A DNA stretch of 64,000 nt from Hormiphora californensis (GCA_020137815.1 CM035350.1:6510001-6574000), one strand, 5' to 3'; counted from the stretch's first letter, positions 18,568 through 30,666 are shown. Numbers and translations are program-made. The notes: generated from the letters alone by a model not told the origin.

Positions 18568-21500
18568 ATGGAGTTCAAGTTCCCGTTTGAGCCCTATCCC
18601 GTGCAGTCTGACTTCATGAGGGCCCTTTACCAGACACTGGATAACAAGGGAGTGGGAATATTTGAGAGCCCCACCGGCACAGGTAAAAGAAATGTGATTT
18701 ACATTGGATATACTTGATACGGAGAGTATCAGACACGACACTATCAAACTGACCGTATAATGAGGTTTGTGATATAATCGAACTTGTTACAGGGAAGTCG
18801 CTGAGTATCATCTGTAGTGCGTTGAAGTGGTTGAGAGATCAGCAGAAGAGGGAGGAGGATGAGAAGAAGGAGAACATGACACCCAAACCATCTGATAACT
18901 CTGAACCAGACTGGGTTAACGAACAGTACCATGAACAAAAGGTAACCCCTTATATTACCATGGTGATACCCCATTCCCCATGGTTCCCGTATAAGACGTA
19001 AACAATATATTTTCAAGTGCTGTAACTAAATTATTTAACTAAAATATATCAATTTCACTAAAACACAAATCGTACAACTAGCTCGGAGTCCTTCTTGCAT
19101 CTCCTCTTAACTCCCGGTCGGGTCATCTCGCACACCAGGCAGTTCTGGTCCTTGCAGTGTCGTTTCTGTTTGATGGGGGTCGCAGGTCCAGCCAGAGTGG
19201 GGCTATCGGATAGCACCAGGGGTAGGAAGGATGGTTGGGGGTCCTCGTTCAGGGTGGCAAGACTGGTCCTCCTGATAACTGCAGCAGGTTTGGGGGGTCG
19301 GCAGCTGGCATACTCTCGGGCTACCCTCTTGAAGGCAGTGGGAGGGTTGATAGCTGAAGAGCTCTTGGTTCGGTGAGATGGTGAGGTAGGGGAAGGAAGA
19401 GAGGTGTCCTTGAAAAGAGAGGGGTGGGAGCCATCTAGAGTCCGCCGGGAGTTGGTACATCTGGACTTGAGCTTCATCAGAGTAGCTTTCACTTTCATTG
19501 TCGAGGAGGAGATTGTAGTTGTTGTAGTAGAAGTAGTAGAAGATGGAAATGGATTGTAGTTGTTGTTGTTGTAGAAGACTGATGGAAATGGTTGGGGATA
19601 TCAGAGTTGTGAAGGGTACCACCCTTTATACCCCCTCTTGATAGGGTTCTCCGGTATCCCCCTCAATCCTCCCTCTCCTCTTGACAGGGTCTCATTTCAC
19701 ACTCGGTTCTCATTTCACCCTCTCCTAACAAGGACTAACTAAGTGGTCTCGTTTCACCCTCTCTCACTATCTAAGTGGTCTCATTTCACCCTCTCTGACT
19801 AAATAAGTGTTCTCGTTTCACCCTCACTGACTAACCAAGTGGTCTCGTTTCAGGTAAGGCAACGTGAGTCGGAGGAGGCTGAGAAATGTGAGAAGGATGC
19901 TCGTAGGAAACGGAGGATCCTGAGAAGCAGAAAGAGGGCCAAGGTAATGATTGCACCGAGTAAAAATGTAATGATTAGTAAATTACACCGCTAGTAAAAA
20001 TGTAAGGATTAGTAAATTACACTGCTATAATGAATTCTGGCCGAACGGTTCAACTGAAATTTTAGCCTGATATGTAAATTGTAAAAGTCACTTCTCTCTC
20101 TCCCAGAAAGAGTCAGGTACCCGGAGTGACGATGATGAGGAGAATGTGAGGTTCAGTTCCTCAGATGACTCTGCAGGGGACGAGGGAGATGAGGATTACA
20201 GGCCCCTCAAGATCTACTACTGCTCCAGAACCCACTCCCAACTATCGCAGTTTGTACACGAGATAAGAAAGTCTCCCTACGGTGATGTGAAACTGACTAT
20301 CCTGGGATCCAGAACCAACTTGTGTATCAACCCGGCGGTAACCCAGCTAAAGAGCAACTACCTCATGAATGAGAGGTGTTTGGAACTGAGGAAGGCGGTC
20401 AGTAAGAAGAAGGATGAGGAGGAAGATGAGGAAGAGAAGAAGAGAAAGAAGGGTCGGTGCGAGTTTTATGGTGCTGGCAAGGTCAGGGATTTCTCGGCCC
20501 ACATACTGAATGAGGTTCAGGATATCGAGGGAGTGGTGGGGGCTGGGGAGGAGGCAATGACATGTCCCTACTATTCAACCAGGGTAGCGGTACCTGAGGC
20601 AGAGGTAGTGCTACTTCCCTACAACATGATCCTTCACGGCGATCAGAGACGAGCCCTTAACGTGAAACTACGGGATGCCGTGGTTGTGATAGACGAAGCG
20701 CACAACCTGATTGAGACTATCAACGAGGTACATTCCTGTACCCTCCGAGCCCCTGACTGTACCACCACCCACAAGAAACTATCAGTCTACCTGAGGAGAG
20801 TGAAGGCTAGACTGAAACCTGAGAATCTATTGAGAGTAAAACAGATTCTGCATTGTGTTGGTTTGTTATCAGCCTTCCTGAGGGCTGCTACCACTACCAA
20901 ACTGTACACCATAGGAGACTTCCAGGGTGCAGCCCAGTTAGGGGACCTCAACTTGTTTGAGCTAGTCGAGTATATCCGGGACTCCCATCTCTCTCAGAAG
21001 ATCCAGGGATATAACGATCAGGATGCCGGGGTGGTAACAGTCCAGTCTAGATCCATCTTGGCTGATATTTCCACCTTCTTCCTCTCTCTAACCCATGCTA
21101 ACAGCGCAGGGAGGGTGCTGGTGGTTAGGGATGATGGGGTGGACCACTTTGTCAGGTACATCTCCCTCAACTGTGAGGACCCCTTCCTGCCATTACTACG
21201 GGATTGCAGGGCCGTCATCCTGGCGGGTGGAACTATGGAGCCCATAGAGGAAGTGAAGCAACAACTTCTAACACGGACCGACAAACAGATCAATGTGTTC
21301 AGTTGTGGCCATGTCATACCGCCCCGTAACATCCTCCCCCTGACTCTCTCCCGGGGGAAGAACCTTGATCTGAATTTCTCCTTCGAGGGGAGGAAGAACA
21401 AGGGAATGCTGCAAGAGATAGGTTATATCCTGCTGGATGTGTGCCAGGTGACACCAGGGGGTGTGGTGTGTTTCCTGCCCTCCTATCAGTGTCTACAGGA

Positions 21501-22778
21501 CACCAGAGCGGCACTGGACAGGACCATATTGGACGGAATATCCAGGTACAAGCTACTAATAGTATAATAATAATAAAAAGACTAATGAATTTAAACGAGT
21601 GGTGTTGTTAAAAGCTCCAGATCACACCGTATTTCGTTACGAAGTCACCCCTAATGTATTGCTTTCACGGAGGGGTAATTTTATTACCAAACTCAGTATA
21701 TAGTGTTGAGCACTCTGTCACCAGAATCGCTTAAACTGAATTAGAATCTAAATTACAGGTACAAGACCATGTTTTGGGACGAGGCGGGGTGTAAGAATAC
21801 AGATGGTATACTGGAGCAGTATAGCAAGAGAGTAGAGGGACGACCCGGGACATCTAATACAGGTAACACTCGATGTAGTGGTACCTACTTTATTCAACTA
21901 ACCCTCCCCACCTTGTACTTTCATTGAGTTCTACCCACAACTACCCCCTGCCCCCTCGTCACCCACTTTAACTGACCCTCCCTATCCTCCCCCTCTCCCA
22001 GGTTAACTGACCCTCCCTACCCTTCCCATCTTCACCCACTTTAACTGACACTCCCTACCCCCTCCCATCTTCACCCACTTTAACCGACCCTCCCTCTCTC
22101 ACAGGTTAACTGACCCTCCCTACCCTCCCCCTCTCCCAGGTTAACTAACCCTCCCTACCCTCCCCCCTCTCCCACTTTAACTGACCCTCCCTACCCTCCC
22201 CCTCTCCCAGGTTAACTGACCCTCCCTACCCTCCCCCCTCTCCCACTTTAACTGACACTCCCCTACCCCCTCCCAGGTGCCCTGTTGCTCAGTGTGGTAG
22301 GAGGGAGAATGAGTGAGGGAATCAACTTCTCTGATGACATGGGGCGCTGTGTTGTGGTAGTGGGGTTACCCTTTGCTAACCCCTCCGACCCCGTCCTCCA
22401 AGAGAAGATGAGGTACCTCGATTCAACTCTAGAGAAGGGGCCTGATGGGCAGAGTCCGGGACAGCAGTATTATACTAATCGTTGTATGAAGTCGGTAAAC
22501 CAGGCCATCGGGAGGGCCATCAGACATATCGGGGATTACGCTACCATTCTCCTTCTTGACAAGAGGTGGGTGAGTGTGTGTGTGTGTGTGTGTGAGGTGT
22601 AGGTATCTCTCTGATCATACTCACCTTCAACTCACCAGTCACCTCCCTCTCCCCTCTCAGGTACAGCACGGGGAGGATCAGCTCCAAATTACCAGGATGG
22701 ATACGACAACACGTCAAACACTCTGAGACCCTTCCTGACACCCGCTCTAAAATCCAATCATTTTTTAAAGATAGGTGA
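18568..22778 (+). CDS. DDX11: DDX11/Chl1 Fe-S DEAH DNA helicase (multi-exon)
   Basis: [18 protein letters not shown]|[86 protein letters not shown]; GT-AG introns. Confidence 0.95.
19058..19498 (-). CDS. Putative nested antisense intronless gene (146 aa, basic Ser/Pro-rich, CxxxxCxxC near C-terminus) in a DDX11 intron
   Basis: ATG-initiated ORF. On the minus strand TATAAAA lies at ~19624-19630, followed by a (CAA)-rich leader with no upstream ATG. Confidence 0.5.
   Translation of the reverse strand: MKVKATLMKLKSRCTNSRRTLDGSHPSLFKDTSLPSPTSPSHRTKSSSAINPPTAFKRVAREYASCRPPKPAAVIRRTSLATLNEDPQPSFLPLVLSDSPTLAGPATPIKQKRHCKDQNCLVCEMTRPGVKRRCKKDSELVVRFVF
21960..22276 (+). repeat. C-rich intronic minisatellite ending at the DDX11 splice acceptor
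   Basis: Units ttaactgaccctccctaccctcccctctccca(gg/ct); last unit ccctcccag|GTGCCC. Confidence 0.8.
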
Positions 22779-22833
22779 CACTATATAACTGCTAGATCTC
22801 TGATCCCCCCTGCATACCAGATAGCTGTTAGAC

Positions 22834-24339
22834 ATGACGTATTACATTGGGGTGGACGTGGGGACACAAAGTGTCAGATCTGGCCTGTATACCGGTGAAG
22901 GAAAGGAAGTTACCAGTGCGACCTCCCCCCTCACCCTCTACAATCCCCACCCCGACCACTATGAGCAGGATTGTAGGGAGATCTGGGAGGCTGTTTGTAC
23001 TACTGTGAGGCACTGTACTGTGGGTGCTGCTGGTCATATAGGAGGGATAGGGTTTGATGGGACATGTTCCATGGTAGTGGTAGGTAGAGATGGGGAGCCC
23101 CTGTCTATTGGACAGCACACCTGCCTCCTGTGGATGGATCACAGAGCGGTGAAGGAGAGGGATATAGTGAATGGTACCCGCTCACCCGTACTTGATTATG
23201 TAGGAGGTGGGTTCAGCCCGGAACAACAGCCCCCTAAACTACTCTGGTTGAAAAATAACCTCCCTGAGACCTGGGAGAAAGCGGAGCATTTCTTCGACTT
23301 GCCCGATTGGTTGACTTATAAAGCTACAGGCTGCCCCACCCGGTCAATCTGTTCAGTAACGTGTAAATGGGGTTATGTGGCGTCCCGGGGAGGGTGGAAC
23401 AAGGACTTCTTGGATAGAGCCGGGCTGGGTGATATCAGTGAGAAACTAGGGAGGGGTGTAGCCCCGCCTGGTAGCCCTATCACTGGAGGGTTATCGGAGG
23501 GTGCAGCTAGGGAGTTGGGTCTACAACCAGGTATCAATGTGGGTGTCAGTATGATAGATGCCCATGCAGGCACACTCGCCATGATGCGTCATGAGGGAGG
23601 AGGAGGGGCAGTGTGTGTTATTAGTGGTACTAGTACCTGCATAATGGCTCTATCCCCTCGGGAAGTGTTAGTACCGGGGGTGTGGGGTCCCTACCAGGGG
23701 GTCGTCCTGCCTGGCATGTGGCTTTACGAGGGTGGCCAGACTGCAGCTGGTAGTGCACTGGACAGGATAGTAAAGGGACACCCTGCCTATATAGAGGGCA
23801 CCACGTACAGTGATCTAAACACCCAGCTAGGAGGTGACCTGACATGTCCATCTCTCCACAAGAGAACAACCTCCCTACACATCCAACCGGATCTCCATGG
23901 AAACAGAGCCCCTCTAGCGGACCCCGCCCTCAGGGGCATGGTATCAGGTCTGGAACTGTCACGTGATACCCTCCTGGACACCTACCTAGCAGCTATCCAG
24001 GGCCTAGCTCTGGGTGTGAGGTTTGTGTTGGAGGCACTCTACAAACATGGACTCACCTTCACTAAGGTCCTGGTTAGTGGGGGTATGTCCCACAACGAAC
24101 TCTACCTAGTTACCCTGGCAACGGTCACCAAGTTACCTGTTGAGGTGCCCCCTGGGGATAACATGATGTGTGCAGGTAGTGCTATGTTAGGGGCAGGAAC
24201 CTCCTCTCAGCAGTGTAAAGAGGGTGGTGTGGTGTACCAGCCAATCACGGAGCTGTCCCTGTTTTATGATGCGAAGTATCGAGTTTACCAAGAAATGACT
24301 AATGACCAACTCAAGTACAGGGGCATCATGGAGGGGTAA
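22834..24339 (+). CDS. FGGY: FGGY carbohydrate kinase (ribulokinase-like), intronless
   Basis: IGVDVGTQSVR, GIGFDGTCS, WMDHRA, PKLLWLK, FFDLPDWLT, CKWGY, IDAHAG, GTSTC, VPGVWGPY, EGGQTAAG, PDLHGNRAP. Confidence 0.93.
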   Translation: MTYYIGVDVGTQSVRSGLYTGEGKEVTSATSPLTLYNPHPDHYEQDCREIWEAVCTTVRHCTVGAAGHIGGIGFDGTCSMVVVGRDGEPLSIGQHTCLLWMDHRAVKERDIVNGTRSPVLDYVGGGFSPEQQPPKLLWLKNNLPETWEKAEHFFDLPDWLTYKATGCPTRSICSVTCKWGYVASRGGWNKDFLDRAGLGDISEKLGRGVAPPGSPITGGLSEGAARELGLQPGINVGVSMIDAHAGTLAMMRHEGGGGAVCVISGTSTCIMALSPREVLVPGVWGPYQGVVLPGMWLYEGGQTAAGSALDRIVKGHPAYIEGTTYSDLNTQLGGDLTCPSLHKRTTSLHIQPDLHGNRAPLADPALRGMVSGLELSRDTLLDTYLAAIQGLALGVRFVLEALYKHGLTFTKVLVSGGMSHNELYLVTLATVTKLPVEVPPGDNMMCAGSAMLGAGTSSQQCKEGGVVYQPITELSLFYDAKYRVYQEMTNDQLKYRGIMEG

Positions 24340-24454
24340 TTAACAGTTGTTTTTTAGTACTACTTTTTATCGCTGACCTGTTTGGGATCTACCAGGACTG
24401 AGTGTTGTCATATTTCAAATGTCTTAATAAAACACAAGGAAAGTTTCTATTCGG

Positions 24455-24461
24455 TATATAA
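24455..24461 (+). promoter_or_regulatory. TATA box ~30 bp upstream of U3
   Basis: TATATAA at -34 to -28 from the predicted U3 5' end. Confidence 0.55.
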
Positions 24462-24488
24462 GGTCCCCCGGTTCTGCACTCCAACATT

Positions 24489-24688
24489 AAGACCATACTC
24501 GTTAGGATCATTTCTACAGTATGTGTCCCACCTTAGTCTTCTACCAAAGACAACCGAATCAGTCGTGATGATGAGGTTGCTCTTCGTTCCTGAGCAGGAA
24601 ACGTAGCCGGAAGTTCGCTTCTGTGTTTTGATGACTGTTCACCTGACGCCTTGTGCTGATGGGAGGGAGCGGAGACAGCCTGAGCGAC
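24489..24688 (+). ncRNA. U3: U3 snoRNA
   Basis: 5' AAGACCATACT (GAC box/box A'), GGATCATTTCTACAG (box A), GATGATGA (C'), CTGAGCAGGAA (B), TTGATGA (C), CTGA (D), closing stem gtcg/cgac. Length ~200 nt; box order matches U3. Confidence 0.88.
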
Positions 24689-24796
24689 CCCCATTAAATA
24701 AACAAATTGAAAATAAACCTAATGAGTTACGAGTAAGGCGCACTTCCGTGAACCCTTGCCAGCTCCGTTCTAACACCTCCCCCTCTCTGAGTTAGC

Positions 24797-25020
24797 ATGT
24801 ATGGGCTGGCAGAGCACTGTCAGACGTCGTGGCTGAACTTTGTTTCAGACCTAGAGGATGCCCTGCTGGTTTGTGATAGTGCAGCTATGGAACTCGCCCA
24901 TTGGTCCATCACAGTGCCTGTTTTGATAAAGGAGCACAGGGTACGTCACGTACATCATGTAGATGATAAGGTTGCTGACTACAGGGATGGAACTGCCAGT
25001 TTCTTTCTACTCATAGGTAT

Positions 25021-25106
<86 letters not shown>

Positions 25107-26844
25107 CTTTTCACATGTTACTCCTCTCTCAATCCTCACACACATACCCCTTTTCATCAGGCGATCCGGGGAGTTTGACAAAGATGAATAATATAATTGA
25201 ACGATGGGTTGATGGTGATACGTCTCTCGTTACTGTTATCTCCCTCCTCTGCCCCTCCTCACTGCGTGTCCTGTGCAACAAGGAGTCACCTGAAGATTAC
25301 TACCAGAACCAACTCTCTACCCTGGATACCATCTACCCTAACACAATATTCACATTCACAACTGCTCCTTTACCAAGTTTTCTGTTTACTGATCACACCC
25401 TCATAACCCCATCTGTCAGCCGGCTCTTTCCTCTGACATCTGCGGACCTGCGGAGTCTGACATCCTGGTTGAGATCCCGGGGGGATGCTAGGACGGCGGA
25501 TAGTAGCGGTGTTGGTATTGCCATGTTACCACCCCAACTACAACAGCAGATCAGAGTTCTGACCGAGGAGCTGACCTCCCTATTCGATGAGCTGGGTCTG
25601 GTTGAGGATTGTTATTCTGTGGGGTGTTTATCTCGTATTCTGGCTGATCAGATAGTATCAACAGCTAGTAGGAGGCCCGCACGAAGGGAGGGGGAGAAGA
25701 TGAGTCTTGTGATTGTGGACAGAACCACTGATCTGTTTGGGGTGACGAGTATTGACCCTGACAATGCTGGATCTCTTCTCTTTAACCACTCCTCCTCTCT
25801 CTTCCCGGGCTCAAATGATGTCAGGGTGGAACTTGGAGGTCTTTTTAACAAAGATAAACTGGATCTGTGTGGCAGCTTGGCCGACTCCAAGTCAGCCATT
25901 CCCATCTCCACTCTCCTCAGTACCACCTCTACCCAGCTAACAGAGGATATTCTCGGATCTCTGGAGGGCCAGATTCAGATGGACCCTGAGATCTTGGAGA
26001 CACGAGATCTCTCCCAGATTCTCCCAGCTGCTGATATGCATTCCAAGCTCTCTAATTTCCCCTGGTTCCAGGTTCTAGCTGGTGTAGAGGAGTCAGGGAA
26101 GAGGAGGGATGGGGAGATAGAGAGATACCTCTCCTCTACCGACCTCTCCATGCTGTGGACGGTGTATGAGGGTGGTCCCTCAGGGGTGGCTCAACTAGTT
26201 AACTCCATCACTGCAAACCACACCCTCTCAGCACTGCAACTCTGCACCCTTACAGCCCACCTGTACAGCCTGTTTGGAAGGCTCGCTGATACTGACTCTG
26301 TCAGTGAGGAGGTAGAGGTGGCCAAGTTAAAGAGGCGACTAATGGAGATGATGGAGTGTCCCTAAAGACAAGTTCTCCACTGCCCTGGGTGCCGGGTGTG
26401 CCGGGAACGCAGCCGCTCTTCTGGACAGAGTGGACGTGGTGTTTGATAGATTGGAGGCCCTATCACGGGAGAGGTCCACATTCTCCCAAGTTGTCCTCCC
26501 TGGTGCAGCGAGGAGCAGTCCTACAGTTCCCTGGTGCAGCAGATCATTAAGCCTATCCCTGGACTCCACCCAGGATTTAGTGGACGTGGAGTACAGGTCA
26601 GGATGGGCTCAGAGATCTCCTGAAGACAGGCCTGGGACTGTTCACCCGGGCTGTAGCTAAACCCCGTCCTGTGTGTCCCATGTTGGTCTATGTGGTTGGA
26701 GGGGTGAGTTTGAGGGAGTGTAGGGAGATGGAGGAGTACAGGATTACAACTGGAAGGGAGGTGTACCTGGGTGGGAACTGTGTCTTGACACAGGATAAAC
26801 TTGCCGAGAGACTCCTTATTAGTGACAATCTTTTTGGAATATAA
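24797..26844 (+). CDS. SCFD2: Sec1 family domain-containing protein 2 (one CT-repeat intron ~25017-25161; apparent frameshifts near 26360-26655)
   Basis: CDSAAMELAHW, LFPLTSADL, EDCYSVGCLSRILA, LVIVDRTTDL, and C-terminal DVEYRSG..DLLKTGLG..KPRP..YVVGGVS..E. Confidence 0.82.
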
Positions 26845-26970
26845 TATGATATGTAGTGTGTGTTGAGATTAATCTTGTTCTGATTTCACCCCTTTAATTC
26901 TGCTTTTAGTTAACTGTTACCATGGTAACCATCCACCTTCACTCTCTTCTAGCAACATGTGATATATACA

Positions 26971-27892
26971 ATGGAAGGAGTCAAGATACCCGTGGACGAT
27001 TTCTGGGCCCTACTAGATGGAACTGTTTATACTCACTGCATCATATCCGCTACTTCCCTCCCTCCCTCTCTCCCAATAACCATTTCCAACAGAACACTTC
27101 CCCTCTCCTGGTTACTATCTCACAAGGTGAGTGGCGGTTATCATCTTATTTCGTATACCACTTAACCACTGAGATATTAGATTATTAGATAATAGGTATT
27201 AGTACTACAGATTACTAACCCCCCCAGTAATGTGTAACTAACCACCCCCCCCTCCTCCTTACTCTCAGGAAGAGGCCCTGAGGTCAACCTGCTACCTGGC
27301 CGAAGAAGGCTGGAGCTGTCTCAACGTCCGTGGTTCCCTCACCCTTCTCCTATCCCCCGCCTGGTACACACGCTCAGGCCTCACTTGCACAAAGTCACGT
27401 GACCAACTCAAGTCACGTGACCTATACACCTTCTCATGTGACCTAGGTTCACTTACTATCAAACAGCACTGTAAACTGCAAGTACTTGGTGGAGGAGGTT
27501 TTCAACCACGACTACGATTGGGTGTTCCAGAGCCCTGCAGATGGTGGGTAGTTGGATGTGTCAAGGTACCTGAGACAGTGTCATGTCTAGAAGATGTCCC
27601 AAGTATAGCTGACTCGGTGGGTTCCCAGCTACTAGACCTGAAACCAGGCTCTCCAGATAGCCAAATCAATACTTTTGAGGGTGAAACTGGGTCAGATTGG
27701 ATCACATGTAGCGTTATCTCATCACCATGCCTGATAACAGGCAGGCAGCTGTGTGATGCGATACAGGGGCACAAGGATGGGGTCAAGTTTTTAGGACTCA
27801 GGCAGCTGTCAAGCGAACGTGCTGTATCAGAGAACTTCTGTTGTGCTTTCAGTAGGGACAGTGTCTTTTGTGTTAGGTACAAATCCAGATAG
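26971..27892 (+). CDS. Two-exon gene (26971-27126, ~27270-27892), possibly a divergent RNase P/MRP subunit p40
   Basis: In-frame GT-AG splice. RGSLTLLLSPAWYTRSGL...F..DL weakly resembles the RPP40 GxLxLxL..Y..GL motif; identity is tentative. Confidence 0.5.
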
Positions 27893-28040
27893 TCATATTT
27901 ATTAACTTTAATTTATTAACTTTTTATCAACAGTTTTAGCACTCCGTATTGATTTGTTTGTCTCCCTATTTGAGTAGCTTGTGTAAAGATCCTCCCCCCA
28001 CTCAGACCCCCTCTATATACCTCTCTCTATCTCTCTAGTC

Positions 28041-29131
28041 ATGGTATTGGTGGTACGTGATACTGCACGTTACTTCATTCGGCCAGGATGTACCCGCCTT
28101 CTCTCTTCCATCAAGGTGAAAACGATACAGCTACTTCCATCAAGCCTTCACCATTCCACCTAACCTTGCCATCATTTAACTCTAGAATCTACTATCAGGC
28201 CAATGCTCTGACCACAGTTCTCGCGCTCCGACGATAATAGGGTCAGGCTAATACTCTGACAGAGAATCTAAACTAATGGCTAACCATATTCAACTCCCTC
28301 AGATTCTAGGTAGGGACTACCCCACAGATGAGGAGACTAACATTACGGAACATCTGCTAAAACACACTGACAAACTTCTCCACATGCGGCAGAGCCACCC
28401 CCTACAAATAGTGAAACAGAGAATCGTTGAGCACATGCAGGTAACCCACCGCCCCGCCGGAATCCCCTCTTGGGTGACATCTCTAGAACTAATATGGGTG
28501 ACATCTCTAGAAATAATATGGGTGACATCTCTAGAAATAATATGGGTTTTATAATACAATAAGTCGTCTACAGTCTCACACAAATGTCTCTCTCTGTCAG
28601 GCTAAGTATCTGTGGAACAACAGGTCGCCTCTGTTCTCGCATTACGACAACATAACCCCAGTGGTGTCACACGCTCAGAACTTTGATCAGCTGCTAGTGC
28701 CTAGTGACCATGTCAGCAGGCGGAGACAGGAGAACTACTTTATCAACAAGTAAGGGAGAGAGAAATCTGAGTAATATCTGTCAGGCCAATGCTCTGACCA
28801 CAGTTCTCGCGCTGACACTTGACAGAGTAACATAGCAGCGAGAGGAGGAGGGGGAGAGTTCTGAGTAGTGATGATGAGATTGAGATTATATGGCAGGTAA
28901 AAGTGCAACAAACATCTCCCCTCTCCTACACAGGGATAAGATGTTACGGGCGCACATGACATGTCATGATCAGGACCTACTGAGATCTGGTCTGGATTGT
29001 TTCCTCTCTACTGGAGATGTATACAGGAGGGATACTATAGACAGGACCCACTACCCTGTCTTCCACCAGATGGATGGGGTCAGGCTGTTTAGTTCCTGGG
29101 AACTGGAGGAGTTCGCCAAGGATCCGAAATC
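28041..29131 (+). CDS. FARS2: Mitochondrial phenylalanyl-tRNA synthetase, 5' exons only
   Basis: Presequence-like exon 1, then YPTDEETNIT, HPLQIVKQRI, PVVSHAQNFDQLLVPSDHVSR..NYFIN, MLRAHMTCHD, GDVYRRDTIDRTHYPVFHQMDGV. The 3' exons are not seen; a repeat block and gap follow. Confidence 0.9.
28192..28262 (+). mobile_element. Tiny ctgtcag...ctgacag element family with 8-bp TSD (also 28778-28825, 47937-48005, 48398-48420; relics ~38930, ~55354)
   Basis: TSDs: agaatcta/agaatcta, agtaatat/agtaacat, gtctaaac/gtctaaac, gggcgggt/gagcgggt. Confidence 0.8.
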
Positions 29132-29202
29132 GGTAAAATATCTGGGATACCAAGATGTAATCTTCTCACTGTCATGATAGTGTTGTGGGCAGAGATTACA
29201 TA

Positions 29203-30240
29203 GTTAAGGGGAAGAACACCACCGTTGCCTTGGTTGTCATGGTAACGAGAAGGTGTCTAATTGATAATGAGGTGTGATAATCACCCCCGTGGTGTTCTTC
29301 CGTAACATTTCCATACATTCCCATGATCTAATAAAGGACCCCTCTGTTACACACTCGCATTGATATGGCTTCATTGATAATGAGGTGTGATAATCACCCC
29401 CGTGGTGTTCTTCCGTAACATTTCCATACATTCCCATGATCTTATAAAGGACCCCCTTACATTACACACTCGCATTGATATGGCTTCATCTAGAGTTCCT
29501 GTCAGTGGTTCAAACGGTGTCATGTGACATTCAATGTGACCCGTTTTCAACCAATAGGGGGTGAAGATGTGAAGTGTGAATGTAATGTGGAATGGGGGGG
29601 GGGGTGAGCAGAGGTTTGGGAATTGATGAGATCTCTAGGGTCATCTAAAAACTTCGAAAAAATGTGAGAATGAAAAAGTAAAGAAACAAATTGGAATAAA
29701 ATCACGTCTAGTAGGGTCGGTTGTGGGAAGTTGGGTCTGGAATTTTAAATTTGACTTGCTGATATGATTAGGGACTCTATAAAAAGTTCAAAGTACCATC
29801 CCACAGGTCTCTACCACCCCCGGTTCACTAATTAGCCGTAATTATGTGATTTATGACGTTATCGCCAATTAGCACTAATAATACCAGTTCCTGGTCACTT
29901 AGAGCTTAGATTTTGATACCAGCTGATAGAGGATCACTAGATTAGTGGGCATTCAAAATTTTAGGTCGATCGGAGTTATGGTCGAGGAGTTATAACCGTT
30001 TTTCCGTTTGGCTGGTGGTTGGCTGGCACCACGTGGGATTACGGGTTTAGGTCGTCGTGGGAGGTTGTCATTGGTCGCGTTCGATCGGGCTCGATGAGGT
30101 GATCAAAACCTAGTGGGGTCATCTAAAAACTTCGAAAAAATGTGAGAATGAAAAAGTAAAGAAATAAATTGGAATAAATCACGTCCTTTGCTTTCAGCTT
30201 TAGTAAATCCGAAATTAAATAACTGCTGATGGAACCCTGC
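29203..30240. mobile_element. Non-coding repeat element (TTAA-GGGG start, possibly Kolobok-like) with internal ~114-bp direct repeat; second copy 32452-33222
   Basis: 29219-~29998 is nearly identical to 32453-33222; begins gttaaggggaagaacacc. Confidence 0.65.
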
Positions 30241-30255
30241 TAGATCAGATATTAA

Positions 30256-30447
30256 TAGAAGAACTTACTTTCTCCCTCTCACAATCTCACACATTCTCTC
30301 TTTCCCTGTTGATGAAAAACAAGTCCAGCAGGAACATTTCTATACGGGTCCATTCTCAAGTGGATTCCAAGCTAATTCAGCTAAACCTGGTCACAGTTAC
30401 CTACTCACAGGTACCCTCTTTCTCTAATCTCTTATCTTCTCTCTCTA

Positions 30448-30532
<85 letters not shown>

Positions 30533-30666
30533 AACCAGGTTTAGCTGAATTAGCTTGGAATCCACTTAAGAATGGACCCGTAGAAATGTTCCTGTTGGAC
30601 TTGTTTTTCATCAACAGGGAAAGAGAGAATGTGTGAGATTGTGAGAGGGAGAGAGTAAGTTCTTCT
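30256..30666. mobile_element. Two SINE-like/LINE-tail copies, tail-to-tail around a (CT)n tract
   Basis: 30256-30392 is the reverse complement of ~30530-30666. Shares the tail of the 12802-13900 element. A third copy starts at ~33282 and runs into the gap. Confidence 0.8.

Noticed and set aside
19203-19622. Alternative minus-strand 139-aa ORF overlapping the nested DDX11-intron gene
   Set aside because: Non-ATG start abutting the TATA box, and its N-terminus is the translated CAA/CTA repeat leader; the 19058-19498 frame is more plausible.
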